Shown: positions 46,442 through 57,637, counted from the first letter of the stretch. The stretch: 64,000 nt of DNA from Bacteroidales bacterium (GCA_021158345.1 JAGGUV010000093.1:57-64056); one strand, 5' to 3'. Program-made: numbers and translations. The notes: a model not told the origin generated them from the sequence alone.

Positions 46442-49120
46442 TTATTCTTTTTCTGATAAATAAACTTTATCAAAAAACCTTTTATATTGTTCTATATTCT
46501 TGTCTTTATATAATATTTTATAATTATTTTTTGATACAATAAATATTTTATAATCATCTTTTTTAACATCTGAAAATACATATTCATTATCTTTAAATGC
46601 ATTATAATAATCAAAAGCTTTAGCAGAATTTTTAAAACTGCTAATATTTATTATCTGCCATTTATTATTAAGAATAACACTACTTATTGTTAAATTATCC
46701 AGTTTATTATATTTATAATTATAATCGGAAGTTTTTATTTTAACGGCATTAGTATTAACATTTCTTGAATTAACAATTAACACACAAAAATGAATACTTT
46801 CGGGTTCAAATGTATAAGGGAAAATCTCTTCCTCTGTTTTTTCCTTATTATTTTTTTCTTTTTCATCTTGTTTATCACCGTAAAGATATAAAAGTATATT
46901 TTTTGCTAAAGGAGTAACCTCTTCTTTAGGATATTTTTTTACAAAATTTTTCAATAGAATGCCGAGAGAATCAACAGTTGTTAGTTTTCCTATTGACAAA
47001 TCTCTTAAATATTCAAATTTAGAAATTAATTTATTTTTTTTATAATTCAACATAGCATCATCACAATATATTAATACCATATTATATTGTTGACGTTTAA
47101 AAGCATTATATGTTTCCTTATATAAATCTGCTATTTTCTGATTTTTTGATTCTAATTTTTTATAATAATCAGGGTCAAGAATATATTTTGCATAATTGCT
47201 ATCAGGATATTTCGATAGAATTAAATTTTTATAAAAGCTTCTTTTCTCCTGATCAGGCAATTCTCCATACATTTTATACAATTTATAATATGTCCTTAAA
47301 GCATGAACAGTATCATTAGGAAATCTGTCTAATAATGTTTCAAGCATATCAATTGATTTATTAATTTCATTGAGGTCATCAATATAAATAAATCCTAATT
47401 TAAATAAGGCTTCTGCAATTTTATCATTTGATATTTTTAATTTATCTTCAGATAAAGGAATATTTTCAAGATATTTTTTTCTGTTTTTGATAATAGAATA
47501 ATTTGCTCTAACACTATCAGAAGTAATAGAATCTAATGCTTCTGAATCATTCTCCTCTTCAGGCTTGTTAAAAGCAATAATTCGTTTATTTTTTAATCGC
47601 CAATTGTCTTCTAATTTACGATTCCCCCATTTTTTCTTAAATTCTGAATATCCAAAGCTTAATGCAGAAGAATTATAAAAATACCAGCCTCCTCCTGTAG
47701 CGGCTCCAGGGGAACCTTTTACTTTATTTTCAGGGCCAAACATAGAAATGTTTTCCTGTTTTAATCGCGTTTCTTCAAGTTTTCTTATTTCCTCTTTTCG
47801 TTTCTCAAGAATAATTTTATCAATAATTTTATTTCTTTCAGATTCAGGCATTTTTGCAAGCATTTGCAAACTATCCTGTGTTTTAACAACCTTAAGATTT
47901 ATCACAAGATTTGTTAAAATTTCAGTTTTAGTTTTTAGCCTTTTATAATCAGGATATGTTTTAGGCAAAAATTGCATTGTGCTATCATAATATGCTTGTG
48001 CTAAATCATATTCAGGTATTGAAAAATAAATATCTGCAAGTTTTAACGATGAGATAGCCTTTTGATATCTGTTTGTTTTGCTTGTGCTTACAGAAAGTTT
48101 TAAATAATTTATTGCAATGGTATCATTATTATCCTTCAAATAAATATCTGCTAAAGCATAATATATTTGATCGAGATAATTCTGATTTTTACCATCCTTT
48201 AACATCTTTTTCAGAATTTTAATAATATCCTCTTTATCGCCTGATTTTGTATCATATGACTTAGCGAGGTTTATTTTAGCCTGAAAAGCCATATCATAAA
48301 CAGGGTTCATTTTTATTACCTGCCTATAATAATCAGAAGCATCTTCAAAATATTTTTCATTTTGAAATATTTGAGCCAGAATAAATTTAACGCGGATTTT
48401 TAAATCTTTCTTCAGTTTAAATTCCAAGGCATTAAGTAAATGTTTTTTTGATTTATCGTATTTTTTTTGTAATATAAAATGATTGGCATATGTTAATTCA
48501 AGTTCTTTTTGTAAACGGCTGTTAGCCTTGCCTTTATCTATGTTGCTTTGTAATAAATCAAGCCAAGTTTGGGCATTTTTAAAATCACCTTTTTGATTAT
48601 AGGTACGTGCAAGCCATAGCATTGCCTCATAACTGATTGGAGTATTTTTATATTCTTTTATAATAAACTCAAAAGTCCTTATTGCTAATCCATATTCTTG
48701 TTTGTAAAAATAAGATTTTCCAATAAGAAAATAGCTGTCGTCAATCCATTTACAATATTGCTTTCCATGAAATATCATAGAATGATTCTGAATTACTTTT
48801 GAGGCTTTTTCTATACCACGGTCACAATTTGTAACAATAGATTTTGAATCTTTTTTATCACCATAATTATATACTTTAAGTATTTCGTTATAATTATCCT
48901 TAACCTGCTTTGACAGATTTATCACACCCTCTTTAAGACTTTCATTACCATTCCAATAAGCATTATAATGAGAAGTCAAATTGTGGTAAGCTCTTCTTGA
49001 AAATGTATTTTTCTTTGTAGAACAGGATACTAACAAAAATAATATCAGAAAGAAATATATATCATACGATATAAATCTGTATTCCTTTTTTCTATTCAAT
49101 TTACTTAATTTTATTTTCAC
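46442..49120 (-). CDS. TPR-repeat lipoprotein, possibly the SprE/PorW-type T9SS accessory protein
   Basis: 892 aa with a GTG start and lipoprotein signal ...LLVSCSTKKN. Multiple TPR-like repeats. The SprE/PorW assignment rests on size, architecture and N-terminal resemblance only. Confidence 0.55.
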   Translation of the reverse strand: MKIKLSKLNRKKEYRFISYDIYFFLILFLLVSCSTKKNTFSRRAYHNLTSHYNAYWNGNESLKEGVINLSKQVKDNYNEILKVYNYGDKKDSKSIVTNCDRGIEKASKVIQNHSMIFHGKQYCKWIDDSYFLIGKSYFYKQEYGLAIRTFEFIIKEYKNTPISYEAMLWLARTYNQKGDFKNAQTWLDLLQSNIDKGKANSRLQKELELTYANHFILQKKYDKSKKHLLNALEFKLKKDLKIRVKFILAQIFQNEKYFEDASDYYRQVIKMNPVYDMAFQAKINLAKSYDTKSGDKEDIIKILKKMLKDGKNQNYLDQIYYALADIYLKDNNDTIAINYLKLSVSTSKTNRYQKAISSLKLADIYFSIPEYDLAQAYYDSTMQFLPKTYPDYKRLKTKTEILTNLVINLKVVKTQDSLQMLAKMPESERNKIIDKIILEKRKEEIRKLEETRLKQENISMFGPENKVKGSPGAATGGGWYFYNSSALSFGYSEFKKKWGNRKLEDNWRLKNKRIIAFNKPEEENDSEALDSITSDSVRANYSIIKNRKKYLENIPLSEDKLKISNDKIAEALFKLGFIYIDDLNEINKSIDMLETLLDRFPNDTVHALRTYYKLYKMYGELPDQEKRSFYKNLILSKYPDSNYAKYILDPDYYKKLESKNQKIADLYKETYNAFKRQQYNMVLIYCDDAMLNYKKNKLISKFEYLRDLSIGKLTTVDSLGILLKNFVKKYPKEEVTPLAKNILLYLYGDKQDEKEKNNKEKTEEEIFPYTFEPESIHFCVLIVNSRNVNTNAVKIKTSDYNYKYNKLDNLTISSVILNNKWQIINISSFKNSAKAFDYYNAFKDNEYVFSDVKKDDYKIFIVSKNNYKILYKDKNIEQYKRFFDKVYLSEKE

Positions 49121-49142
49121 TAAATACTTAACTTATTTTATA

Positions 49143-49150
49143 CAAAAATA
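49143..49150 (-). promoter_or_regulatory. -7 box (TAnnTTTG) for the TPR lipoprotein gene
   Basis: Minus strand TATTTTTG lies 23 nt upstream of the GTG start. Confidence 0.4.
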
Positions 49151-49412
49151 TTTTATTTTTATTAAAATCAATGAATATTAATTATTATTCAGTTTAAATC
49201 TGATATAAATATCTTTGCTGAGCAAAATGATGTATATAATAAATTGTCTGAATAAAAATTTTGTAATCTGCCCTATTACTAATATTGCAAAACAAAAAAA
49301 TGTTTTAATTTTTTATAAAATTGATAAATTACTAAGATACAAGCAATCTAAAAAAATAATAATTTAATAATATTTAAAAATTTTAAGTTTTTGTGCAAAC
49401 ACAATATTTTTT

Positions 49413-50153
49413 TTATCTTCCTTCAACATCAAGGATTTTTGTTATTTTCTTTAATGTTCTAAGAGTAATAAATATTAACAGTGCAATAATAAATAAAATT
49501 GTCCATGTAGTGAAAATTTTAAATGGACCTCCTATTATTATTTTTTCCTCAACATCTAATAAAAAAATGACAAGAAAAACATTAAAAAATCCATTATACT
49601 CTCTTTTTAAGACATTTTTTAAACTAAATGGCAAATCAGCTTTTTTCCACAATCTGAAATTAGGGGTAAATGTGGGTGTTTTTAAAGTCCAGTCAATATA
49701 TTTTTTCCCAAATTTTTTAATCAGAAATTGTTCTTCGGCAAAAATAATTCTTTCATAATAAAGCCAATACACCAAAACAAAAATTATAATAAAATAAATA
49801 TTTTGAGTAATAATACTAATCCCTAACCACATAAAAAAATTGCCGAGATACAAAGGATTTCTAACTATTGAATAAATGCCTAAAGTGTTTAATTTATCAG
49901 CAATTTGTTTACTTTTATTTCTTCCTGAGGTATTTTTAGGAGTGTGTCCTATAACAATTATTCTTATATATAAACCAAATAAACATACTGCAAGTCCAAT
50001 AAATTTAAATAGCTCCAAATTTTTATGTTTAGAGGCATTTTTTACAGTAAAATAATAGACAAGCATTCCCATTACCAATAATATCACAGGCAATTTACTT
50101 CTATATTTAAACAACCATTTACCACGTTTTTCAAATTCCGTTATTAAAGTCAT
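49413..50153 (-). CDS. ICMT/PEMT-family membrane methyltransferase
   Basis: 246 aa polytopic protein with ...SIVRNPLYLGNFFMWLG... The overlapping plus-strand ORF 49393-49758 is judged spurious. Confidence 0.65.
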   Translation of the reverse strand: MTLITEFEKRGKWLFKYRSKLPVILLVMGMLVYYFTVKNASKHKNLELFKFIGLAVCLFGLYIRIIVIGHTPKNTSGRNKSKQIADKLNTLGIYSIVRNPLYLGNFFMWLGISIITQNIYFIIIFVLVYWLYYERIIFAEEQFLIKKFGKKYIDWTLKTPTFTPNFRLWKKADLPFSLKNVLKREYNGFFNVFLVIFLLDVEEKIIIGGPFKIFTTWTILFIIALLIFITLRTLKKITKILDVEGR

Positions 50154-50271
50154 ATTATTATACTAATTATTATAATTATACTAAGCATAAATTAATAAAT
50201 AAATAAAGATATTCAAATTAAAAACCACAAAAATATAAAAAAATAATTAATAGAAGTCGCCTTAAAATAGT

Positions 50272-50408
50272 CCTTATATCTATAAACTAAATCTTATACA
50301 AATTGAAACTGAATGTCATTGTTGGGAATGCATGCTCAGACTTTTTTTTTGTAATAAGACTTACGCCTGATATGCTCTTAGCTGTGCTACGCCAACATTG
50401 ACGGATAT
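50272..50408 (+). repeat. intergenic module, copy 2 (paralogue of 37316-37443)
   Basis: Same two arms as copy 1, with an 18-nt T-rich spacer. Internal inverted repeat GTCATTGTTGG (50315-25) / CCAACATTGAC (50392-402). Confidence 0.7.
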
Positions 50409-50510
50409 CTCAATTTTTGCATTAATTTATGAATTTAATGATTGTCAAAACATCTTATAATATTTTTTACGATATTTGCAGCATTAATTAAAAAAGTGGA
50501 ACAATAATTT

Positions 50511-51398
50511 ATGTCTGATACTGAAATTAAGAAAGAAAAAAAAAGATGGTATAAAAATCTAAGGAAAAAATATCAGCTTGTAATATTTAATGATGAGACT
50601 TATGAAAAAAAATTATCTTTTCGTATTACACGTTTAAATACTTTTCTAATAATATCTTTTATAATACTGTTTTTTATAGGTATCACAATATACATAATTG
50701 CTTTTACTTCTGTAAGAGAGTATATTCCAGGCTATACTGATGTTAATTTGCAGAAAAAATTATATGCACTTCAACAAAAAGCTGATTCATTAGAAAGAAC
50801 CTTTCGACAAAAAGATTTATACATTCAAAATATAAAAAATATTATTGAAGGTAAAAATATTATTGAAACACCGGCAGAAAATTCAGTACGTGAAATAAAT
50901 TATGACACTATATCCCAAAATCATTCACATGAAGACTCTTTATTAAGAGATGAAATAGAAAACAAGGATAAATATAATTTATATATTTATGATAAAGAAG
51001 ATGAATTTTCACATAATTTGGCATTAAGTAATATAATTTTTTTTACTCCTATTAAGGGAATTATTACAAATGGCTTCAATATAAAAGAAAGACATTATGG
51101 AATTGATATATCTGCTAAAAAAAATGAAGCTGTTAAAGCTACCTTAGGAGGCATTGTAATTTTCTCGGATTGGACAATCCAAACAGGATATGTTATTGCT
51201 ATTCAACATAAAAACAATGTTGTTTCTGTTTATAAACATAATTCTTCATTATTAAAAGAAGAAGGTGAAATTGTTAAAGCAGGTGACCCTATTTCTATTA
51301 TCGGTGAATCAGGAGAACAATCCACAGGTATTCATCTTCATTTTGAACTTTGGTATAATGGCAATCCTGTTAACCCGATAGAATATGTTTCTTTTTAA
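50511..51398 (+). CDS. M23-family (LytM-type) metallopeptidase
   Basis: 295 aa. N-terminal TM anchor, coiled-coil-like region, C-terminal ...HYGIDISA... and ...GIHLHFELW... Confidence 0.85.
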   Translation: MSDTEIKKEKKRWYKNLRKKYQLVIFNDETYEKKLSFRITRLNTFLIISFIILFFIGITIYIIAFTSVREYIPGYTDVNLQKKLYALQQKADSLERTFRQKDLYIQNIKNIIEGKNIIETPAENSVREINYDTISQNHSHEDSLLRDEIENKDKYNLYIYDKEDEFSHNLALSNIIFFTPIKGIITNGFNIKERHYGIDISAKKNEAVKATLGGIVIFSDWTIQTGYVIAIQHKNNVVSVYKHNSSLLKEEGEIVKAGDPISIIGESGEQSTGIHLHFELWYNGNPVNPIEYVSF

Positions 51399-51440
51399 AT
51401 TTATTATTTATTTTATAAATCTTTATATTACAACTCAATA

Positions 51441-52598
51441 ATGAAGAAAAAAATTGGAATATTAGGTTCCACCGGCTCTATTGGAACTCAGGCATTAGAA
51501 GTAATAAAACAACATCCCGAATATTTTACTGCTGAATTTTTAACAGCACAAAATAATGCAGACCTTTTAATAAAACAAGCAATTGAATTTAAACCTAACA
51601 CTGTTGTTATTGGAAACAAAAAATTATATTCAAAAGTAAATGACGCATTAAAATCATACGAAATTAAAGTTTTTGCAGGCGAAGAATCTATTGAACAAAT
51701 TGTTGAAATTAGCTCAACAGATATAGTTTTAGTATCAATAGTAGGTTATGCAGCTTTAAAACCAACTATTAACGCAATAAAAGCAAAAAAACAAATAGCT
51801 CTTGCCAATAAAGAAACATTAGTAGTAGCAGGCGAAACTATTATGAAGCTTTCACAGGAAAATAATGTTAGCATATATCCTGTAGATTCTGAACATTCTG
51901 CAATCTTTCAATGTATTAACGGGGAATTTTTTAATAAAATTGAAAAAATATATTTAACAGCTTCAGGAGGACCATTCATAGGTAAAGACATTAATTACCT
52001 TAAAACAGTTACAAAAGAACAAGCATTAAATCATCCTAACTGGAAAATGGGTAAAAAAATCACTATTGACTCAGCAACATTAATAAATAAAGGATTTGAA
52101 GTAATAGAAGCAAAATGGCTGTTTGATTTAATACCCGAACAAATTGAAGTATTAATGCATCCTCAATCTGTTATTCATTCAATAGTACAATTTGAAGACG
52201 GCTCAATGAAAGCTCAGTTAGGTGTTCCTGATATGAAAATACCAATACAATATGCTTTTACATATCCTTACAGAATAAAATCCGATTATAAACGTTTAGA
52301 TTTTCACAATTATGCAAAATTTGATTTTGGATTTCCTAATACTAAAAATTTTCGTAATCTTGCACTTGCATATGAAGCATTAGAAAAAGGAGGCAATTTG
52401 CCTTGTGTTTTAAATGCTGCTAATGAGATTGCGGTTTCAGCTTTTTTAAATGATAAAATTGAATTTTTACAGATGTCTGATGTTCTTGAACTTTGTATGC
52501 AAAAAATTGATTTTATTAAAACACCGACAATTGAAGATTATTTTATCACAGATATAGAAACAAGAAAAACAGCAAATTCTTTAATAAATAAAAAATAA
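51441..52598 (+). CDS. dxr: 1-deoxy-D-xylulose-5-phosphate reductoisomerase
   Basis: 385 aa with GSTGSIGTQAL, LANKETLV, NHPNWKMGKKITIDSAT. Confidence 0.95.
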   Translation: MKKKIGILGSTGSIGTQALEVIKQHPEYFTAEFLTAQNNADLLIKQAIEFKPNTVVIGNKKLYSKVNDALKSYEIKVFAGEESIEQIVEISSTDIVLVSIVGYAALKPTINAIKAKKQIALANKETLVVAGETIMKLSQENNVSIYPVDSEHSAIFQCINGEFFNKIEKIYLTASGGPFIGKDINYLKTVTKEQALNHPNWKMGKKITIDSATLINKGFEVIEAKWLFDLIPEQIEVLMHPQSVIHSIVQFEDGSMKAQLGVPDMKIPIQYAFTYPYRIKSDYKRLDFHNYAKFDFGFPNTKNFRNLALAYEALEKGGNLPCVLNAANEIAVSAFLNDKIEFLQMSDVLELCMQKIDFIKTPTIEDYFITDIETRKTANSLINKK

Positions 52599-52602
52599 TA
52601 GT

Positions 52603-53913
52603 ATGAACGGATTAATTATGGCAGGGCAGCTTATCTTAGGATTATCAATTCTTGTAATATTACACGAATTTGGTCATTTTATTGCAGCAAAAGCCTTTGG
52701 AATAAAAGTAGAAAAATTTTATTTGTTTTTCGATGCCTGGGGAATCAAACTTTTTAAATTCAAAAAAGGTGAAACAGAATATGGTATTGGCTGGCTGCCA
52801 TTAGGTGGTTATGTTAAAATTGCAGGTATGATAGACGAATCTATGGATAAAGAGCAAATGAAAAAACCTCCTCAACCTTGGGAATTCAGATCTAAACCTG
52901 CTTGGCAAAGACTTATTGTTATGATTGCTGGTGTTGTTGTTAATGCTATTCTCGGTGTTATAATATTTGCTTTTTTACTTTTTCATTACGAACAATATTT
53001 GCCTAATAAACAATTACAAAATGATGGTATATATGCATATAAATTAGCTAAAGATATTGGCTTTAAAACTGGAGATAAAGTTTACTCAATAAATGGGAAA
53101 GAAGTAATTAGGTTTAAAGATATTAAATCTACTAATGCAATTTTAGGATCTACTGTAACAGTTAATCGTAATAACTCTTTTGTTGACATAACAATACCTG
53201 ACACCTTTTATAAAAATTTTAAGAAATCAAATAAACTTTTTATTGAACCTCTTAATTTTCCATTTTATGTTGATAGTGTTATTAAAGATTTCCCTGCTGC
53301 TAAGAGTGGAATAATTAAAGGAGATAAAATACTTAAAATTGATAGTACCCAAATTACAAGCTGGGGACAGTTTACAGAAATTATATCTTCTGAAAAAGGA
53401 AAAGAAGTAAATATGGCTGTGTTAAGAAATAATGATACTCTCAATTTAAATTTAACCATTGATACTTCAGGAGTTATTGGAATCTTTAGATCTCCTATGC
53501 CTTATAAACTAATGAGTTACAGTTTTTCTCAGGCACTAAAGTTTGGATATAAAGATGCTTATAATTTATTGGCTGCAAACATAAAAGGCTTTGGAAAAAT
53601 TATTAAAGGCGAAGAAAAAGCATCTGAATCTATACAAGGGCCTATTGGCATTGCTACAATTTATGGAGGCAACTGGGACTGGCACAGATTCTGGTTTATT
53701 ACCGGTTTGCTTTCTCTAATATTAGCTTTTATGAATATTCTCCCAATTCCTGCCCTTGACGGAGGTCATGTTGTTTTCCTAACTATAGAAGCTGTTACAA
53801 GAAGAAAAATACCGGATAAATTTATGGAGTATGCACAAATTGTAGGAATGGTAATTTTATTACTTCTTATGGTTTTTGCCTTTGGTAATGATATTTTCCG
53901 GCTTTTAAAATAG
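52603..53913 (+). CDS. rseP: RIP site-2 metalloprotease RseP
   Basis: 436 aa with HEFGHF, PDZ segments and NILPIPALDGG. Confidence 0.92.
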   Translation: MNGLIMAGQLILGLSILVILHEFGHFIAAKAFGIKVEKFYLFFDAWGIKLFKFKKGETEYGIGWLPLGGYVKIAGMIDESMDKEQMKKPPQPWEFRSKPAWQRLIVMIAGVVVNAILGVIIFAFLLFHYEQYLPNKQLQNDGIYAYKLAKDIGFKTGDKVYSINGKEVIRFKDIKSTNAILGSTVTVNRNNSFVDITIPDTFYKNFKKSNKLFIEPLNFPFYVDSVIKDFPAAKSGIIKGDKILKIDSTQITSWGQFTEIISSEKGKEVNMAVLRNNDTLNLNLTIDTSGVIGIFRSPMPYKLMSYSFSQALKFGYKDAYNLLAANIKGFGKIIKGEEKASESIQGPIGIATIYGGNWDWHRFWFITGLLSLILAFMNILPIPALDGGHVVFLTIEAVTRRKIPDKFMEYAQIVGMVILLLLMVFAFGNDIFRLLK

Positions 53914-53916
53914 AAT

Positions 53917-53953
53917 AAAAAAAAGGAGGGCAAAATTTTACCCTCCTTTTTTT
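53917..53953. terminator. bidirectional rho-independent terminator
   Basis: A-run, stem GGAGGG (53925-30) / CCCTCC (53941-46), T-run 53947-53. Lies between convergent rseP and yitT-like genes. Confidence 0.75.
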
Positions 53954-54884
53954 ATTCTATTTCTGATTCTACTTTTTCTTTTAAAGATTTAAAGCCTTTT
54001 CCTAATATCTCATTTGCATTGATTACCGTAAGAAAAGCATCAGGATCAATTCTATGAATATAACTCTCAAGTATTGAAAGCTCTCTTCTGTTTACAACGG
54101 TATATATTATTGATTTCTCCTTATTATTATACATTCCTTTTCCTAATATCATTGTCCCGCCTCTATTAAGATCAAATATGATTTTTTTTCTTATATCCTC
54201 ATACTTATCTGTAACAATAAATAAAGTTTTATCATAATTAACACCTTCCAACACCATATCAATAACTTTACCTGTAACAAATATTACTAACCATGAATAT
54301 AACGGTATCTTCCAATCTTTGAATACTATTAATGCTAATAATACAATGCAAGAATCCACTAATATCATCAACTGCCCTAAAGGTAACTTAGTATATTTTG
54401 CAATAATCATAGCAATAATATCAGAGCCTCCTGAAGTAGCTCTGGACTTAAAAATCAATCCTAATCCAAAACCAATCAATGCACCACCAAAAATGCAAGA
54501 AAGCAAAACATCTGCAACTAATGGAGCATCGCCTACAGGTCTGAGATATGTTATTAAATCCATAAAAACTGAAGATAGTACAAAGCCAACTATTGTTTTA
54601 ACACCAAATCTGGGACCTAACACTTTTATTCCGATAATTGTTAAAGGAATATTCAATATCAACCCCCCAAGACCAATAGGTAATCCGTTAGGGGCGAAAG
54701 AAAAAATACCTTTTGTAATATAATGGACAACTATTGCAATACCATAAACACCCCCGGGTACTATCTTATGAGGTGAAATAAAAAACACAAAACCTACAGC
54801 AAGAATAAACGAGCCTAGAGTTATTAAACTATAAGAAATAAACCATTTCTTAGAAAATACTTTATCTTTTTGAATGAAAGCCAT
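53952..54884 (-). CDS. YitT-family membrane protein (DUF2179 C-terminal domain)
   Basis: 310 aa counted from the ATG at 54884. Polytopic N-terminal region plus a soluble C-terminal domain. Confidence 0.75.
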   Translation of the reverse strand: MAFIQKDKVFSKKWFISYSLITLGSFILAVGFVFFISPHKIVPGGVYGIAIVVHYITKGIFSFAPNGLPIGLGGLILNIPLTIIGIKVLGPRFGVKTIVGFVLSSVFMDLITYLRPVGDAPLVADVLLSCIFGGALIGFGLGLIFKSRATSGGSDIIAMIIAKYTKLPLGQLMILVDSCIVLLALIVFKDWKIPLYSWLVIFVTGKVIDMVLEGVNYDKTLFIVTDKYEDIRKKIIFDLNRGGTMILGKGMYNNKEKSIIYTVVNRRELSILESYIHRIDPDAFLTVINANEILGKGFKSLKEKVESEIE

Positions 54885-55169
54885 AATCACAATTTTTAAA
54901 TGAGCTTGCAAAAATAATTTTTTTTTATTCTTTACTAATGTTTAACCATTTTTATTTTTTTGTACTATAAAACAATCTATTATATAAAATAATTAAAGCT
55001 TTAAATATCTTTTTTTATTTTTAACTTAATATTTTTTTGAATTAAAAAAGAATTATTTATAATTTAGCAGCTCATAAAAATCAAAATTTTCTGAAATATT
55101 TGATTTAAGTAGCTGTAAATAAAATATTTCACTCAATAAAATTGTGATTTAACCCTTTTATTAATATAA

Positions 55170-56126
55170 ATGGATAATATTAAAAAAAATATATTATTAA
55201 TAGTAATACTATTTATATATTTTGGTGCTTTTTCACAACAAGAGCCACAATTTACTCAAAATATGTTTAATAATATGTCTATCAATCCTGGTTATGCAGG
55301 TACTAACGATGCTATCAGTGTTACAGCTTTATTAAGACAACAATGGGTTGGATTTAAAGATTCTGAAGGGAATAAAATATCACCTGAGACATATCTTTTT
55401 TCAATTGATGCTCCTATTAATATATTACATGGTGGTTTAGGTGCTACTATTACTCAGGATAAACTGGGATTTGAAAAAAATATTGGTGTAAAATTAGGCT
55501 ATGCTTACCGTTGTAGCTTAGGATATGGAGATTTAGGTATTGGATTGCAAGTGGGTTTTTTAAATAAATCTATTGATTTTTCTAAATTTATTAAAATTGA
55601 TAATGATGACCCTGTTCTTGGTGGACAAAGTGAAGAATCAACAATGGTAACAGATTTTTCTTTTGGATTATTTTATAATATTCCTGGTGAATATTATTTT
55701 GGGATTTCAACATCTCAATTCAGACAAGCAAAAGCAGATATCGGAGAATCTTCTGAATTCTACTTAAAGAGACATTATTATATAACTGCAGGTTATCATT
55801 ATATTTTACCTAATAATCCTTCTTTTGAAGTATCACCATCTTTTTTAATCAAAAGCGATGGCAATACTTTGCAATACGACATAAGTAGTTTACTTACTTA
55901 TAATAATAAATTTTGGGGGGGAATTAGCTATAGAGTTACTGACGCTATTGGCATTTTATTAGGTTTAAACTTTAAAGATATCAGTGTTGGATATTCTTAT
56001 GATATTACAACTTCAAAATTAGGATCTGTTGGCAGTTTGGGGAGCCATGAAATTATGCTCAGATACAATTTTAAAATTGAAGTTGATAAAACTCCTAAGA
56101 CTTATAAAAATACAAGATATCTATAA
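55170..56126 (+). CDS. porP: type IX secretion system membrane protein PorP/SprF
   Basis: 318 aa. Signal peptide, then ...QQEPQFTQNMFNNMSINPGYAG... typical of the PorP/SprF family. Directly upstream of gldK. Confidence 0.85.
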   Translation: MDNIKKNILLIVILFIYFGAFSQQEPQFTQNMFNNMSINPGYAGTNDAISVTALLRQQWVGFKDSEGNKISPETYLFSIDAPINILHGGLGATITQDKLGFEKNIGVKLGYAYRCSLGYGDLGIGLQVGFLNKSIDFSKFIKIDNDDPVLGGQSEESTMVTDFSFGLFYNIPGEYYFGISTSQFRQAKADIGESSEFYLKRHYYITAGYHYILPNNPSFEVSPSFLIKSDGNTLQYDISSLLTYNNKFWGGISYRVTDAIGILLGLNFKDISVGYSYDITTSKLGSVGSLGSHEIMLRYNFKIEVDKTPKTYKNTRYL

Positions 56127-56232
56127 TTTTATTTTTTTATAATAAAACAAATAAATATGCGTTAAAAAAACGATAATAATCTACTAAATATCTTAATGTT
56201 GTAAAAAATATTGTATTTACTAATAAATTTAA

Positions 56233-57597
56233 ATGATGAAAAAATTATTTTTTTATTTATCTATTATTATTTTCATGGGAAGTTGTGGCAACTCTGATAA
56301 TGGTCAATTAGTAGGCGTTAAAAAACGCCCACATTTTTATCAACCTGATCCATATGGAATGGTATATATACCAATGGGGAGTTTTACTATTGGTGCTACG
56401 GGAGAGGACATTACTCATGCTTTTAACAATGAACCTAAAACAATATCTGTTCAAGCGTTTTATATGGATGAAACTGAAATAACAAATAATGAATACAGAC
56501 AATTTGTTTATTGGGTTAGAGATTCCATAGCAAGAAGATTATTGGGAGATATTAATCCTGAAAAATATTTAATTGAAGAAGATCCTAAAACAGGTGAACA
56601 ATATGAACCTCCTTTTTTGAACTGGAAAGAAAAAATAGATTGGAAGAGCGAAGACCAGGATGTCAGGGCTGAACTTGAAAACTTATATTTGCCTGAACGC
56701 GAAAGATATTTCAGAAAAAAAGAAATTGACACAAGAAAACTCTTTTATGAATATTATTATATTGATTTAAAAGCAGCTGCACGTAAAGATTACTCTGTAG
56801 AAGGAAATAATATTAATGGTGCTTTTGCAAATAGACCACAAGGGTTGAAAGACCGCTCTGTTTATGTCAAAAAAGAAACTATTAATATTTATCCTGATAC
56901 TTTAGTTTGGATGCATGATTATGCTTATTCTTTTAATGACCCTTTGACAGAAAAATATTTCTGGCATCCTGCATACGATAATTATCCTGTAGTAGGTGTT
57001 AACTGGAAACAGGCTAAAGCATTTTGTGTTTGGAGAACACAATATTTTAACACTTATCTCTCAAAGAAGAAAGAAGCTATTGCAAGCGATTTCAGATTAC
57101 CTACTGAAGCAGAATGGGAATGGGCTGCACGTGGTGGTTATTCCTTAAATCCTTATCCTTGGGGAGGCCCTTATGTAAGAAATAAAAAAGGTTGTTTCTT
57201 GGCCAATTTCAAACCACAAAGAGGTAACTATATTAATGATGGCGGACTTACTACTGTTATTGTTGCTCACTATCCTCCTAACGATTTCGGATTATATGAC
57301 ATGGCTGGAAATGTTGCAGAATGGACTAATGATGCTTATGATGATGCTACTTACCATATGGGATGGGATATGAACCAAACATATACTTATAATGCTAAAG
57401 AAACTGATCCTCCTTCTTTAAAAAGAAAAGTTATCAGAGGCGGTTCTTGGAAAGACATTAAACATTATCTTAAAGTTTCTACCCGTTCATACGAATATCA
57501 AGACACTGCAAAATGCTATATTGGCTTTAGATGTGTTCAAAGTTATTTAGGAAGACAAAAAGATGATAGCCCTTCACGAGCTTCAAAAATTTATTAA
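56233..57597 (+). CDS. gldK: T9SS/gliding lipoprotein GldK (PorK)
   Basis: 454 aa with lipoprotein signal ...MGSCGN and an FGE-sulfatase/SUMF1-like domain (...RGGSW...). Conserved KLMN order. Confidence 0.9.
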   Translation: MMKKLFFYLSIIIFMGSCGNSDNGQLVGVKKRPHFYQPDPYGMVYIPMGSFTIGATGEDITHAFNNEPKTISVQAFYMDETEITNNEYRQFVYWVRDSIARRLLGDINPEKYLIEEDPKTGEQYEPPFLNWKEKIDWKSEDQDVRAELENLYLPERERYFRKKEIDTRKLFYEYYYIDLKAAARKDYSVEGNNINGAFANRPQGLKDRSVYVKKETINIYPDTLVWMHDYAYSFNDPLTEKYFWHPAYDNYPVVGVNWKQAKAFCVWRTQYFNTYLSKKKEAIASDFRLPTEAEWEWAARGGYSLNPYPWGGPYVRNKKGCFLANFKPQRGNYINDGGLTTVIVAHYPPNDFGLYDMAGNVAEWTNDAYDDATYHMGWDMNQTYTYNAKETDPPSLKRKVIRGGSWKDIKHYLKVSTRSYEYQDTAKCYIGFRCVQSYLGRQKDDSPSRASKIY

Positions 57598-57637
57598 TAA
57601 TTAAAACAAATTTATTTAATCATATAAAAAAAATATC

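Noticed and set aside
49393-49758. 121-aa plus-strand ORF overlapping the ICMT-like gene
   Set aside because: It lies entirely within the better-supported minus-strand membrane methyltransferase gene and has a low-complexity composition with no recognisable motif. The same reasoning applies to the other short antisense ORFs in the supplied track.
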